Shown here: positions 30,371 through 40,295 of the stretch, piece after piece | Layout: each line of letters starts with the position of its first letter | Position numbering within the stretch: position 1 is the first letter of the stretch | Assembly: GCA_963662285.2 (NCBI GenBank) | Contig: CAXXMV010000002.1 | Coordinates: 1,280,001-1,344,000, forward strand | From: a bacterium | GTDB taxonomy: Bacteria > Hinthialibacterota > Hinthialibacteria > Hinthialibacterales > Hinthialibacteraceae | Reading direction: 5' to 3' | Length of the DNA: 64,000 nt | Translations under genes and position numbers: made by a program | The notes under the pieces: model-generated | Seen by the model: only the letters and a program-made list of their open reading frames with translations | Told to the model about the DNA's origin: nothing | The model's database searches: none

Positions 30371-31030
30371 ATGAAGAGCGCCGCTTTTAATATTGCTTTT
30401 AAGGTACACCGAAACGAAATGCCTTTTGCGGAAGGCTTGTTGGGTTCGGTTGAAGCCGATTGTCAGCATGACTTTATTGAAGCATTAAACTCGCTCGCGG
30501 GGGAAGAGCGTTATGATGCGGCGCAAATCGAATCGCTTATCAATGAGGCTCAACAGAGTCAGCAACCATCTCAAAAACCTAAATATGATATCCAGGCTTT
30601 AAAAGACGAACTGAATCAGTTTAAGAAGAACCGCAACGAACTGCTTGAAACTGTTAAATCTCTTGAAGGCAGAATTAATTGTTTGAAGCCTAGCGTTATC
30701 CCCGGTATAAATGCCGTCTTTATCTTTATAGTGGGGATCGTTATTATAATGATTCTCTACCTGCTTGGTTTAACGATGGTTGGTTTGATCGGTTTGGCTT
30801 TGATGTTTATTGGATGCGTGTTGACGGTTATTCAGGATATGAGCGCTCTACAGAAACAACAGGCTGATATTGCGCAAAAGAAACTGCGTTATATGAATCA
30901 GATAAGTGAAACCAAGGAACAAATTGATCAAGTAGAGGCAACTATTGAAGAAAAGAAGGAATTTTTACGCTCTGTTTCACCCGGCGCAAGCAATTCGCCC
31001 CCTGCTCCAACTCCTGATATTGATCTCTAG
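30371..31030 (+). CDS. Hypothetical membrane protein (coiled coil - 2 TM - coiled coil)
   Basis: Heptad-rich segments flanking two hydrophobic helices. Confidence 0.6.
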   Translation: MKSAAFNIAFKVHRNEMPFAEGLLGSVEADCQHDFIEALNSLAGEERYDAAQIESLINEAQQSQQPSQKPKYDIQALKDELNQFKKNRNELLETVKSLEGRINCLKPSVIPGINAVFIFIVGIVIIMILYLLGLTMVGLIGLALMFIGCVLTVIQDMSALQKQQADIAQKKLRYMNQISETKEQIDQVEATIEEKKEFLRSVSPGASNSPPAPTPDIDL

Positions 31031-31142
31031 AGTGATTCTCAAGATAACGTGCGTTTAGGCGGTAGTTAAAAATTCCCAAAAGATGGGAATTTTTAACAAA
31101 ACCAACGTTTTTAATGCGCATTTATTTTTGTCAATCGCTATA
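31028..31142. mobile_element. ~110-bp MITE-like repeat, copy C
   Basis: tagagtgattctcaagat...tttttgtcaatcgctata; starts at the TAG stop of the upstream gene; similar to 55629-55740. Confidence 0.6.
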
Positions 31143-31237
31143 ATACCTGAGTCGTTTTCATAATAATGTTCTTGAATTGAAAATAAACAAATATAATCGT
31201 TTTATTGATCTTAATTATAAATAATATGGATGGAAAT

Positions 31238-31510
31238 ATGTCGAACGAACCCAAAACTCCTGAAGCCAATGCTGGTGAAAACAATGAACCGTGGGATGAA
31301 AAAGAGATCAGTTTGAAGGATATCGTCCTGAGTAACAGTTGGGCGGTGCAATCTATTCTCAATTACCTGGAAGAAATTGATCCCAACGCCCGTGAACGAA
31401 TCTGGCATCATTATGAAGTGATGAAAGTGCAGCAAGAGGCGTCTGAGGCTAAGAAGCGCAAGCAATCTTCGTCTGAAGATGAACCGGATGTTATTCCCGA
31501 GAATAACTAG
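31238..31510 (+). CDS. Small acidic hypothetical protein
   Basis: Natural composition, co-oriented and 41 bp upstream of the M3 peptidase; start 31226 or 31238. Confidence 0.55.
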   Translation: MSNEPKTPEANAGENNEPWDEKEISLKDIVLSNSWAVQSILNYLEEIDPNARERIWHHYEVMKVQQEASEAKKRKQSSSEDEPDVIPENN

Positions 31511-31551
31511 AACAGTATCGGAAGTGAAATGATGTTATTCTTTAATAAGGT

Positions 31552-33273
31552 ATGATAATGCAAACTGAGAAAAACGCAGAATTTAAACGTGCTTTTGTTG
31601 CAGAAAATATTGATCTAGGCGATTGGGATGCTCTTGAGCCGTTGTTCAAGGATTTGCTGGAACGCTCATTGAACTCAGTTGAGGATATCGAACGCTGGTT
31701 GTTGGATCAAAGCGAATTAGGCGCTTGTTTGTCTGAAGAACAGGCGCGGCGATATATCGATATGACCTGTCATACCGAGGATGAGGAAGCGGAAAAGAAA
31801 TATTTGCATTATGTCGAGAATATCGATCCAAAATGCAAACCTTATGATCATAAACTTAACGAGAAATACCTGGCCTCTCCTTATCGCAATGAACTTGACC
31901 GTGATAGATATATGGCGCTTGACCGCGCCATTGAAGCGGAGATAAAACTCTTCCGCGAAAAGAATATTCCGCTTCAAACCGAGACAGCCAAGCAGAGCCA
32001 GACTTATCAGAAAATTTGCGGAGTGATGACGGTTGAGTTCGATGGCAAGGAACATACCATGCCCCAGATGGCGCGGTATCTGGAAGAGACGGACCGCTCC
32101 CGCCGGCAGGAGGCGTGGCAAGGTATCACTGAGCGTAGGTTGCAAGACCGCGAGAAGATTGATGAAATATTTGATACGCTTATCAATCTTCGCAATGATA
32201 TAGCGCTCAATGCTGATTGCGATGATTACGTCGGTTATGCCTTCCGCATGTATCATCGCTTTGATTATACGCCGGAAGATTGCTTCAAGTTTCATCAAGC
32301 GGTTGAAGAATGCGTAATGCCGATTATTCATCAACTCAACGAGCAGCGGCGCCAGCAGTTGAAATTAGATGTTCTCCGTCCATGGGATATGTCGGTTGAT
32401 GCTTTGGGGCGTGAACCATTACGACCGTTTGAGAAAGCGGACGAAATGGCTCAGAAGGTTGAGCGCATGATCGGGCGGGTGGATGCTGTATTGTCGGCTC
32501 AGTTTCATTCCATGATGGAGAATGGCGAATTAGACCTGGAAAGCCGTAAAGGAAAAGCGCCCGGCGGCTATCAATATACTTTGGATGAAGTGCGGCGTCC
32601 ATTTATTTTTATGAATGCAGCTGGATTGCAGCGCGATGTAGAGACTTTGCTGCATGAGTCTGGTCATGCCTTTCATGCGCTGGCCTGCCGCAACGATGCT
32701 TTGCTGCCTTACCGGGAATCTCCCATTGAATTCGCTGAAGTGGCTTCGATGTCGATGGAACTGTTCGGCGCCAAGTATTATGAAGAATTCTATACGCCTG
32801 ATGAGGCCAACCGCGCCCGGCGCAAGCATCTGGAGGGAGTGATTGAAGTGCTGCCCTGGATAGCGCGCATCGACGCTTTCCAGCATTGGATTTACACCCA
32901 TCCCAAGCATAGCGTAGAGCAACGCACATCATATTGGCTTGAACTTGAGAATCGCTTTGGACCTAAATTAGATTGGAGTGGATTTAAGGCGGCCCGCGAA
33001 AGCGTGTGGCAACGTCAGTTGCATCTTTTCTGCCACCCATTCTATTACATTGAATATGGCATCGCCCAATTAGGCGCCTTGCAATTATGGAAACGGTTTC
33101 AGGAAAACGCGGATGATGCAATCAATGGTTATCGATCTGCGTTGGCTTTGGGTGGATCGAAGCCTCTGCCCGATTTATTTGAAACTGCGGGCGCGCGTTT
33201 TGACTTCTCGATTGATACCATTGCGCCGTTGATGCAGACCGTCAAAGATGAACTGGATAAATTGCCTGTATGA
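31552..33273 (+). CDS. M3 family oligoendopeptidase (PepF-like)
   Basis: KGKAPGGY, HESGHAFH, EFAEVASMSMEL, PFYYIEY. Confidence 0.94.
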   Translation: MIMQTEKNAEFKRAFVAENIDLGDWDALEPLFKDLLERSLNSVEDIERWLLDQSELGACLSEEQARRYIDMTCHTEDEEAEKKYLHYVENIDPKCKPYDHKLNEKYLASPYRNELDRDRYMALDRAIEAEIKLFREKNIPLQTETAKQSQTYQKICGVMTVEFDGKEHTMPQMARYLEETDRSRRQEAWQGITERRLQDREKIDEIFDTLINLRNDIALNADCDDYVGYAFRMYHRFDYTPEDCFKFHQAVEECVMPIIHQLNEQRRQQLKLDVLRPWDMSVDALGREPLRPFEKADEMAQKVERMIGRVDAVLSAQFHSMMENGELDLESRKGKAPGGYQYTLDEVRRPFIFMNAAGLQRDVETLLHESGHAFHALACRNDALLPYRESPIEFAEVASMSMELFGAKYYEEFYTPDEANRARRKHLEGVIEVLPWIARIDAFQHWIYTHPKHSVEQRTSYWLELENRFGPKLDWSGFKAARESVWQRQLHLFCHPFYYIEYGIAQLGALQLWKRFQENADDAINGYRSALALGGSKPLPDLFETAGARFDFSIDTIAPLMQTVKDELDKLPV

Positions 33274-33319
33274 TGGATGTTGATTTATTCTCTTAACGCC
33301 GATCAATGATAAATTCTCT

Positions 33320-33346
33320 AAAAGGCCCTGAAACGGGCTTTTTTTT
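33320..33346 (+). terminator. Intrinsic terminator
   Basis: aggccc-tgaaac-gggctt followed by T-tract. Confidence 0.75.
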
Positions 33347-33479
33347 ATACACGAAACGTGATGGAACAAGAATTGATTTAAGTGATCGCTCTGGAATATG
33401 TTAGGTAACTGGTATAATCAATCTAGATGCAATATGGCTTTATTGTGAATTAAATTATTTGAAAAGTTGAACAGGTGAC

Positions 33480-34874
33480 ATGAAAAAGCATCAGATACTT
33501 ATTGCTGATAGCGACCCGGCAGTGCGCAAAATGATTAATCTGATCTGCGTCAGGTTTGGATGGGATGTTGATATTGCGTTTACCGGGAGCGAAGCGGTTG
33601 ATTTAGTAAAACAACGCTCTCATCAGATTTTTGTTATAGATGTGCAGATGCCCGGACTTTCCGGGTTGGAACTGACTAATATTATAATGAAGCATGAAAC
33701 GGCGCCCGCCATCATAATGCTGGCCGGGAATGCTGATGTTGATCAAGCGGTTATTATGTTGAAAGCCGGCGTCTTTAATTATCTGCAAAAAGATACGGTT
33801 AGCGTCCAGCAATTGAAGAAATATCTCAAGCGGGCGGCATTGTATCATGAAAAGCGGTCTTGGAGTAATGCAGTACGCAGAGAGCGTGATAAAACTTTCA
33901 GAGATATCAATGCCGCGAATAAGAGATTTCTTGGCATTATGGATCTAAGCAGCGACTTGATCTTAATTCTGAATTCTGAAAACATGCAAATTATTGATTG
34001 TAACGCCGCTGCCAGCGAACAACTGGGTTATTCGCATAAAGAAATATTATCGCTGCATTTTAATGATATTTGTCATAGTTCTTCTGCATCATTGCTTGAT
34101 GATGTTAAACGCAATCAGGATATTGATGATATAAGAACTTATGAAGAGGTACTGATCAAGAAGAATGGCGACTCTTTTCCCGGAGAGATTTCTATAGAAC
34201 ATGCCTGTATTGAGACGGGCGATTATATGTCCATGATTGTACGTGATATTTCTGTTCGCAAACGCCTCGAAAAAGAACGCCAGCATTATTTCGACCAATT
34301 GAATACAACGTTGGAGCAAACCATACAAATGATTGCTTTAACCGTTGAAAAACGCGATCCCTTTACGGCTGGGCATCAACAGCGGGTATCCAATCTGTCT
34401 GCGGGAATTGCGGAGACTATGGGATTGGAGCAGGATCGAATCGATGGGGTGCGAATGGGCGCCTTGATACATGATATTGGAAAAATAAATATTTCCGCTG
34501 AAATTTTATCGAAAGCAGCCAAACTGAGTGATATTGAATATCGCATTGTTAAACTTCATACTACTGTAGGATTTGATATCGTTAAAGAAGTGGAGTTTCC
34601 CTGGCCAATTTCTAAAATAGTGGTGCAGCATCATGAGAGAATTGACGGTTCCGGTTATCCTTTTGGATTGAAGGATGATGAGATCACTTTGGAAGCCAAG
34701 ATAGTGGGAGTGGCGGATGTGGTGGAAGCGATGGATTCACACCGGCCATATCGTCCTTCGCGCGGCATTGAAATGGCGATTCGGGAGATTTCCAGTAAAA
34801 AAGGGATTATTTATGATTCTGTTGCAGTTGAAGCGTGTTTAATTTTTCTGGAGAAGAATGATTATAAGTTTTAG
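33480..34874 (+). CDS. REC-PAS-HD-GYP c-di-GMP phosphodiesterase response regulator
   Basis: REC (VIDVQMPGLSG), PAS (NAAASEQLGYS..RDIS), RDPFTAGHQQRV, HDIGK, HHERIDGSGYP. Confidence 0.92.
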   Translation: MKKHQILIADSDPAVRKMINLICVRFGWDVDIAFTGSEAVDLVKQRSHQIFVIDVQMPGLSGLELTNIIMKHETAPAIIMLAGNADVDQAVIMLKAGVFNYLQKDTVSVQQLKKYLKRAALYHEKRSWSNAVRRERDKTFRDINAANKRFLGIMDLSSDLILILNSENMQIIDCNAAASEQLGYSHKEILSLHFNDICHSSSASLLDDVKRNQDIDDIRTYEEVLIKKNGDSFPGEISIEHACIETGDYMSMIVRDISVRKRLEKERQHYFDQLNTTLEQTIQMIALTVEKRDPFTAGHQQRVSNLSAGIAETMGLEQDRIDGVRMGALIHDIGKINISAEILSKAAKLSDIEYRIVKLHTTVGFDIVKEVEFPWPISKIVVQHHERIDGSGYPFGLKDDEITLEAKIVGVADVVEAMDSHRPYRPSRGIEMAIREISSKKGIIYDSVAVEACLIFLEKNDYKF

Positions 34875-34924
34875 GGTTATTCTCAAGAATAGTACTGGTT
34901 TGAAAATCATATTGCGTCCGTAAT

Positions 34925-34954
34925 AAAAGCCCCTCCGTTTCCGAAGGGGCTTTT
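34925..34954. terminator. Bidirectional intrinsic terminator
   Basis: aaaagcccctccg-tttc-cgaaggggctttt. Confidence 0.8.
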
Positions 34955-34987
34955 GATTTGTTCATGTTTTTTTGTTAAAGCATAAAT

Positions 34988-36265
34988 CTACAAGCGGCTT
35001 TTTAGCCAGGTGTCGGAAGGTTTGATGCGGCGGATTTCCACCATCTCTTCGCTTTTGGGATCCCACTGTACGCGTTTGCCGGTGCGGTAGGAGATGTTGG
35101 CCAGATGGGCTGAGGTTATAATCTGGTGTCCCACTTCTACGGGAGAGTTGGGTTCTTTGCGCGACTTGACGCATTCAATGAAATTGGCCACATGGTCGCC
35201 GCCTTCGTAGGGACGGTCCCAGCGCTCGACTGGTTCTTGGGCGCCTTGGGAAGCGTAAACCCGGAAACCGTTCTGGTCATCTACCAGCAGCGAACCTTTG
35301 GTTCCATAGAAGGCTGCGCCGACGCTGTCGCGTCCATTGACGAATTCAACCGTGAAGAGAGTGGTGAACTTGCCATAATCGAATACGGCGTGAACCACGT
35401 CCGGGGTTTCCCATGATTCAAAAACATGGTTGCCACCGTTGCATACTACTGACTCCGGGCCGTCTACATCCATTACCCATTGGTTGACGTCCAGCTGATG
35501 GGCGCCGATATCCGTGATCAAGCCGCCGGCGTAATCCCAATACCAACGCCAGGTGAAATAACGGTATGGATCGAAAGCGCGTTTAGGGGCTTTGCCGAGA
35601 AAACGATCCCAGTCCAAACGTCCACTTATGCCTGCTTTTACTTGATCATTCCAGGGGTCGCCATTAGTTACCCAATCGCGGGTATCCCATACTTTGACGC
35701 AGGCGATTTGGCCAAGTTTGCCGGAGCGAATCCACTCACGGGCTTTGAGCCAATGCTTGCCGCTGCGGCGGTGGTTGCCGACCTGGACGATCTGCTTGGT
35801 CTCGCGCACCGCACGCACCATTTCCTGACCTTCTTCGATGGTCTTGGAAAATGGTTTTTCAGTATATGCGTCTTTGCCTGATTGAACTATGTCGATCAAT
35901 ATATCGTGATGCCAATGGTCAGGCGTGGCCAGGTAGACGGCGTCGATATCTTTGCGTTCCAGCAAGCGTTCATGTTCATAATACCCATCAGCCTTGGCGC
36001 CGTTTTCATCTTCAGAAGCCGCGCGCGCCCGGTTCAAGCGCGTTTCATATACATCACATACCGCGACGATTTTGACGTCGCGCTTTTTCATTTCTCCGAG
36101 TCCCCATGAACCACGGTCGCCGACGCCGATTACGCCGGCGCGGATTGTATCATTAGCGCCAAGTGCGGATTGCGGCGATATACCTTGCAATGACGTCATG
36201 GCGACGCCCGCCGCCGCAGCTGTACCTTTCAAAAAAGTTCTACGAGAATTACTGTGTTCGCTCAT
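34988..36265 (-). CDS. Tat-exported Gfo/Idh/MocA oxidoreductase
   Basis: SRRTFLK signal, IGVGDRG, ATPDHWH, YTEKP, WRWYWDYAGG..DIGAH. Confidence 0.92.
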   Translation of the reverse strand: MSEHSNSRRTFLKGTAAAAGVAMTSLQGISPQSALGANDTIRAGVIGVGDRGSWGLGEMKKRDVKIVAVCDVYETRLNRARAASEDENGAKADGYYEHERLLERKDIDAVYLATPDHWHHDILIDIVQSGKDAYTEKPFSKTIEEGQEMVRAVRETKQIVQVGNHRRSGKHWLKAREWIRSGKLGQIACVKVWDTRDWVTNGDPWNDQVKAGISGRLDWDRFLGKAPKRAFDPYRYFTWRWYWDYAGGLITDIGAHQLDVNQWVMDVDGPESVVCNGGNHVFESWETPDVVHAVFDYGKFTTLFTVEFVNGRDSVGAAFYGTKGSLLVDDQNGFRVYASQGAQEPVERWDRPYEGGDHVANFIECVKSRKEPNSPVEVGHQIITSAHLANISYRTGKRVQWDPKSEEMVEIRRIKPSDTWLKSRL

Positions 36266-36574
36266 AAGCCTCTCCTTAATTCAATAACGCGCGGAGAATT
36301 GAATCGCGCTGAATATCGTTTATCCCATTCAATCTATTTTCCTGAATAACTGCTTTTGAATCCAGGGCTGTAGGGAAAGAAAAAAGGATAGAACAAGTGA
36401 TGTAATTTTTATGAGTGTAGAGATTTATATAAATAATGATAATCTGTATATAATTAAGGTTTGATCGTAAACAAAAAAGTTGTCGTCTGCGTTATATATA
36501 TTGACGGTTAATTTTTAATTTAAAAGTTACGCTGATTAATCTTATCAGTTCAATGATTGGAGAAAAATACAATA

Positions 36575-37048
36575 ATGAAATCTCAGGCGTCAATAATAAT
36601 AAAGATATTAATGATATCTTTATGTGGGTGTATGCTTAATTCTTGCGCGAATCAAAAAGATGCTACTGGGCTGCTTGAAGGGCTAATAATGTCTGATCAA
36701 GTTAAAATTGAAGGAACCTGGACGGTTGAGCATGGTGAAGCTGCTTCAATTGCTATACCTTCAATGGATACAAGCAAAATACCAAAAGTAAAAGTAACCA
36801 CGGTTAGATTGGAAGGCATCGTAGAAAACCTATCAGCCAAACAAATACAGGAATTGAACTTTGAGATTTTATTGAGTGCTAAAGGGAAGAAGCCGTATCG
36901 CCGGATGCCTATTCAGTTGAAGAAAAACATATCTCCAAATGCAAAAGAAGAATTTGTTATTAATTATATTATTGATAAAGGCCATCTTCCTATTAAACAA
37001 GTTTCAATTGTTAAGGAAGAAAAGGCCAAAGAGGCTAGTAGTAATTAA
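36575..37048 (+). CDS. Hypothetical lipoprotein
   Basis: Signal with LNSC lipobox; beta-rich LEGIVENLS region. Confidence 0.55.
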   Translation: MKSQASIIIKILMISLCGCMLNSCANQKDATGLLEGLIMSDQVKIEGTWTVEHGEAASIAIPSMDTSKIPKVKVTTVRLEGIVENLSAKQIQELNFEILLSAKGKKPYRRMPIQLKKNISPNAKEEFVINYIIDKGHLPIKQVSIVKEEKAKEASSN

Positions 37049-37201
37049 CAAAAACGCCGCCTCCATTCTTGATTAGTTTAATTAATTGTTGGCTGGATAA
37101 TGAGGGGAAATCAGGCATACGCCCTAACCTCATGGATGGTTAACGGGTGAAATATCATGCCTTAACTTTGACTAGCATCTGAGGATGTTGTAAATATTTC
37201 T

Positions 37202-37363
37202 TGTCTGAATCTGGATACCCTGGATTAACAGGATATTCAGGATTTATATCATACGCATTCTTTCTATTTTTAAGTTATTCTTATCAAATGTATCTGGATA
37301 ACATTAATTTTTTGATTCACCCATCCTGAGAATCCTTCCATCCTGAAAATCCTGATTCAGACA
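37202..37363. repeat. TGTCTGAA..GATTCAGACA inverted element with 9-nt (C/A)GGAT periodic arms, copy 1
   Basis: tgtctgaatctggataccctggattaacaggatattcaggatt ... atcctgagaatccttccatcctgaaaatcctgattcagaca. Confidence 0.75.
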
Positions 37364-37394
37364 TTTTTGATTCTGCATCAATCTTTAAGCATCT

Positions 37395-37604
37395 TCACTC
37401 CTCATCAACATACTCGATCAGCTCGCCGGGTTGGCATTGCAGTTCCCGGCATAAGGCGTCGAGGGTTGAGAAGCGGATGGCTTTGGCTTTGTTGGTTTTG
37501 AGGATAGACAGGTTGGCTATGGTGATGCCGATGCGATTGGCCAGATCGGTCAGTGACACTTTTTTTTCTAATAACATGTGATCTAGTTTTATGTTAATGG
37601 GCAT
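37395..37604 (-). CDS. XRE/Cro-C1 HTH regulator (YozG-like)
   Basis: IGITIANLSILKTNKAKAIRFSTLDALCRELQCQPGEL. Confidence 0.92.
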   Translation of the reverse strand: MPINIKLDHMLLEKKVSLTDLANRIGITIANLSILKTNKAKAIRFSTLDALCRELQCQPGELIEYVDEE

Positions 37605-37622
37605 GATTCGTCCTCCTCTCTC

Positions 37623-38396
37623 TTAGACCGTGAGGTCGTTCTCTTCTTTGAGTTCAGCGCCGCAACGGAAGGCTTCGGCGATTACGATGAGGATGAATCC
37701 AAAGAAGACAATTTCCAGGTTCAAGACGCTCCGACCGGAGATGATTTCAAAATGCTGTAATTCAGAGAGGGAATCAACATAAGTGTTACAGCAAGAACAT
37801 ACCACGCCTTGAAGCAGCTCGCATACAATCAAAGCGCCCGCTACAATTCTAAGACGCCTGGCATTATCTTTGATGAAGGGTTGTTTAATTGATAATGCTT
37901 GTAAGAACTTTCTTAATTGATGGAGGACTGTCAATACGTAAACTAAGTTGATTGTTATGAAAGTGTAGAATAGTATTGCTGCGGTTCGGCTTCTAATGTT
38001 AAATTCGCCCTGGGCGTTTGTGATCACGACAATTTTCCAATCTTTTAGTTGTGTATGATTCGCCGATATTTCTTTTGGAAGATTCTCTGATATTACCTGG
38101 AAAGTTATGGGGAGTGAGTATTGATACAAAGGCTCTTTATATTGAATCTCGTTATAGACCTCTCTTGCCAAAAAGAACGCAAAGACGAATATGGATGCAA
38201 TGAAAAATATGAAGCAATAATTCAAGATTGTCTTGATAAACCATGCCATTTTAGATCGTTTGTAATCCGTTTCATTTTCATTTCCTTCTGATTCGTTCTG
38301 AGATTTGGTCTTTTTCCAGTCGTAAAGTAAGACTACAACCACCAAACTTAAAACTATGGGGATTAGCACTCTTGTAATTGTTAATAGAATCATCAT
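37623..38396 (-). CDS. DUF2975 membrane protein
   Basis: PFIKDNARRLR and C-terminal IAEAFRCGAELKEENDLTV; canonical partner of YozG-like HTH. Confidence 0.85.
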   Translation of the reverse strand: MMILLTITRVLIPIVLSLVVVVLLYDWKKTKSQNESEGNENETDYKRSKMAWFIKTILNYCFIFFIASIFVFAFFLAREVYNEIQYKEPLYQYSLPITFQVISENLPKEISANHTQLKDWKIVVITNAQGEFNIRSRTAAILFYTFITINLVYVLTVLHQLRKFLQALSIKQPFIKDNARRLRIVAGALIVCELLQGVVCSCCNTYVDSLSELQHFEIISGRSVLNLEIVFFGFILIVIAEAFRCGAELKEENDLTV

Positions 38397-38411
38397 TTTT
38401 ACTTTCCTCCT

Positions 38412-38515
38412 GTATTGTTTTGCGATAAATATTTATTGATAAACGATAACACAAAGTTGAGGCTTGTCAAGGAAAAATTATCGATAAACAATAAAAAATT
38501 ATCTTTTATCAATGA
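38412..38515 (-). promoter_or_regulatory. Four TTATYG-N5-CRATAA operators around a minus-strand sigma70 promoter
   Basis: Boxes at 38412-38428, 38433-38449, 38478-38494, 38499-38515; TTGACA on minus strand at 38465-38470. Confidence 0.7.
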
Positions 38516-38574
38516 ATATATAGAAGGTAATTTCGGTTGTATGGTTGTAATATTCTCATAAAGAATGACTTGTG

Positions 38575-38688
38575 TAGCGGATGTTCCATGATAATGTTCT
38601 GATTCGAGATTTCAAAAAATCAAGAAAATATTGGTTTTTTTTTGATAAAGAGCGATAATAAACAATCCTATTTGAGATAACTGCTCTT
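38575..38688. mobile_element. ~110-bp MITE-like repeat, copy E
   Basis: tagcggatgttccatgataatgttctgattcgagattt...tttgagataactgctctt; similar to copies A and B. Confidence 0.5.
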
Positions 38689-38724
38689 GTTGCACAATGT
38701 CAAAAATCGAAAGGCGAAAAAAAG

Positions 38725-40182
38725 ATGAAAGATGGCGATAAGAAATTGACTAATAACGCAGGGGCGCCTGTGCCTGATAATCAGAACGTTATGACCGCCG
38801 GGCCTCGCGGCCCTCAGTTGCTGCAAGATGTCTGGTTTTTGGAGAAACTAGCCCATTTTGACCGGGAGGTTATCCCTGAAAGGCGAATGCACGCCAAAGG
38901 TTCCGGCGCCTATGGTGAATTTACTGTCACCCATGATATTACCCGTTACACCAAGGCCAAGATTTTCTCTGAAATAGGCAAGAAAACAGAAATGTTTACC
39001 CGTTTTTCCACTGTGGCTGGTGAGCGGGGCGCCGCTGACGCCGAACGCGATATCCGGGGCTTTGCGATGAAATTTTACACAGAAGAGGGCAACTGGGATC
39101 TGGTGGGTAACAACACGCCGGTATTCTTTTTGCGCGATCCACTGAAATTCCCGGACCTGAATCATGCCGTAAAGCGCGACCCCCGTACTAATCTGCGCAG
39201 CGCCCGTAACAACTGGGATTTTTGGACCTCGCTGCCGGAAGCATTGCACCAGATAACCATCACCATGAGTGAACGTGGAATTCCCAAGTCATATCGTCAC
39301 ATGAATGGATTCGGCAGTCACACCTACAGTTTGATCAACGCAGAAAACAAGCGCTGCTGGGTTAAGTTTCACTTTCACACCCAGCAGGGAATCAAGAATC
39401 TTACCGATGAAGAGGCGGGGGCTATCATCGGTATGTGCCGTGAAAGTCATCAACGAGATTTGTATGACAGCATTGAGAAGGGCGATTTCCCGCGCTGGAA
39501 GATGTTCATCCAGGTGATGACGGAAGAGGAAGCGAATAATTGTTCTTTCAATCCCTTCGACCTGACCAAGGTCTGGTTCCATAAAGATTATCCTTTGATT
39601 GAGGTGGGCGTCTTTGAACTTAATCGTAACCCGGAGAACTACTTCGCCGAAGTTGAACAGTCGGCCTTCAATCCGGCTAGCATCGTACCTGGCATCGGCT
39701 TTTCGCCCGACAAGATGCTGCAGGGGCGGCTCTTCTCTTATGGCGACGCCCAGCGCTACCGGCTTGGAGTGAATCATCACTTGATCCCGGTTAACGCGCC
39801 CCGTTGCCCCTTCCATAATTACCACCGTGACGGCGCTATGCGGGTTGACGGCAATCATGGCGGCGCCATCGGTTATGAGCCAAACAGTTACGGCGAGTGG
39901 CAGGAACAGCCCGAATTCGGCGAACCGCCGTTGGATCTGCAAGGCGCAGCCGACCATTGGGATCACCGTGAGGATGAGGATTACTATTCTCAGCCGGGGA
40001 TGCTTTTTAGACTGATGAATGCTGAACAGCAGCAGGCGCTTTTCGGCAACACCGCCCGTGCGATGGGTGATGCTCCCAAGGAGATTAAATTACGCCATAT
40101 CAACAATTGTATGAAAGCCGATCCGGCTTACGGTCAAGGAGTGGCCGATGCATTAGGAATTCCGGTTAGTGAGTTGTCCTAA
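38725..40182 (+). CDS. katA: Monofunctional heme catalase (small subunit)
   Basis: [43 protein letters not shown]. Confidence 0.96.
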   Translation: MKDGDKKLTNNAGAPVPDNQNVMTAGPRGPQLLQDVWFLEKLAHFDREVIPERRMHAKGSGAYGEFTVTHDITRYTKAKIFSEIGKKTEMFTRFSTVAGERGAADAERDIRGFAMKFYTEEGNWDLVGNNTPVFFLRDPLKFPDLNHAVKRDPRTNLRSARNNWDFWTSLPEALHQITITMSERGIPKSYRHMNGFGSHTYSLINAENKRCWVKFHFHTQQGIKNLTDEEAGAIIGMCRESHQRDLYDSIEKGDFPRWKMFIQVMTEEEANNCSFNPFDLTKVWFHKDYPLIEVGVFELNRNPENYFAEVEQSAFNPASIVPGIGFSPDKMLQGRLFSYGDAQRYRLGVNHHLIPVNAPRCPFHNYHRDGAMRVDGNHGGAIGYEPNSYGEWQEQPEFGEPPLDLQGAADHWDHREDEDYYSQPGMLFRLMNAEQQQALFGNTARAMGDAPKEIKLRHINNCMKADPAYGQGVADALGIPVSELS

Positions 40183-40295
40183 GATGCATTAGGGAAAATA
40201 GATTCTTGTGAATGGCGTCATTATATTGGCGCCATTCGTTTTTGATATTGAACTTTTGGAAACTCAATGTGATAGCAACACGGAGTGATGCAACT

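Noticed and set aside
37049-37200. Intergenic stretch as possible ncRNA or gene remnant
   Set aside because: No recognisable riboswitch, tRNA motif or open frame.
39289-39966. 225-aa antisense ORF in catalase (likewise 31717-32334 in the M3 peptidase)
   Set aside because: Typical antisense shadow of a conserved gene, with no motifs.
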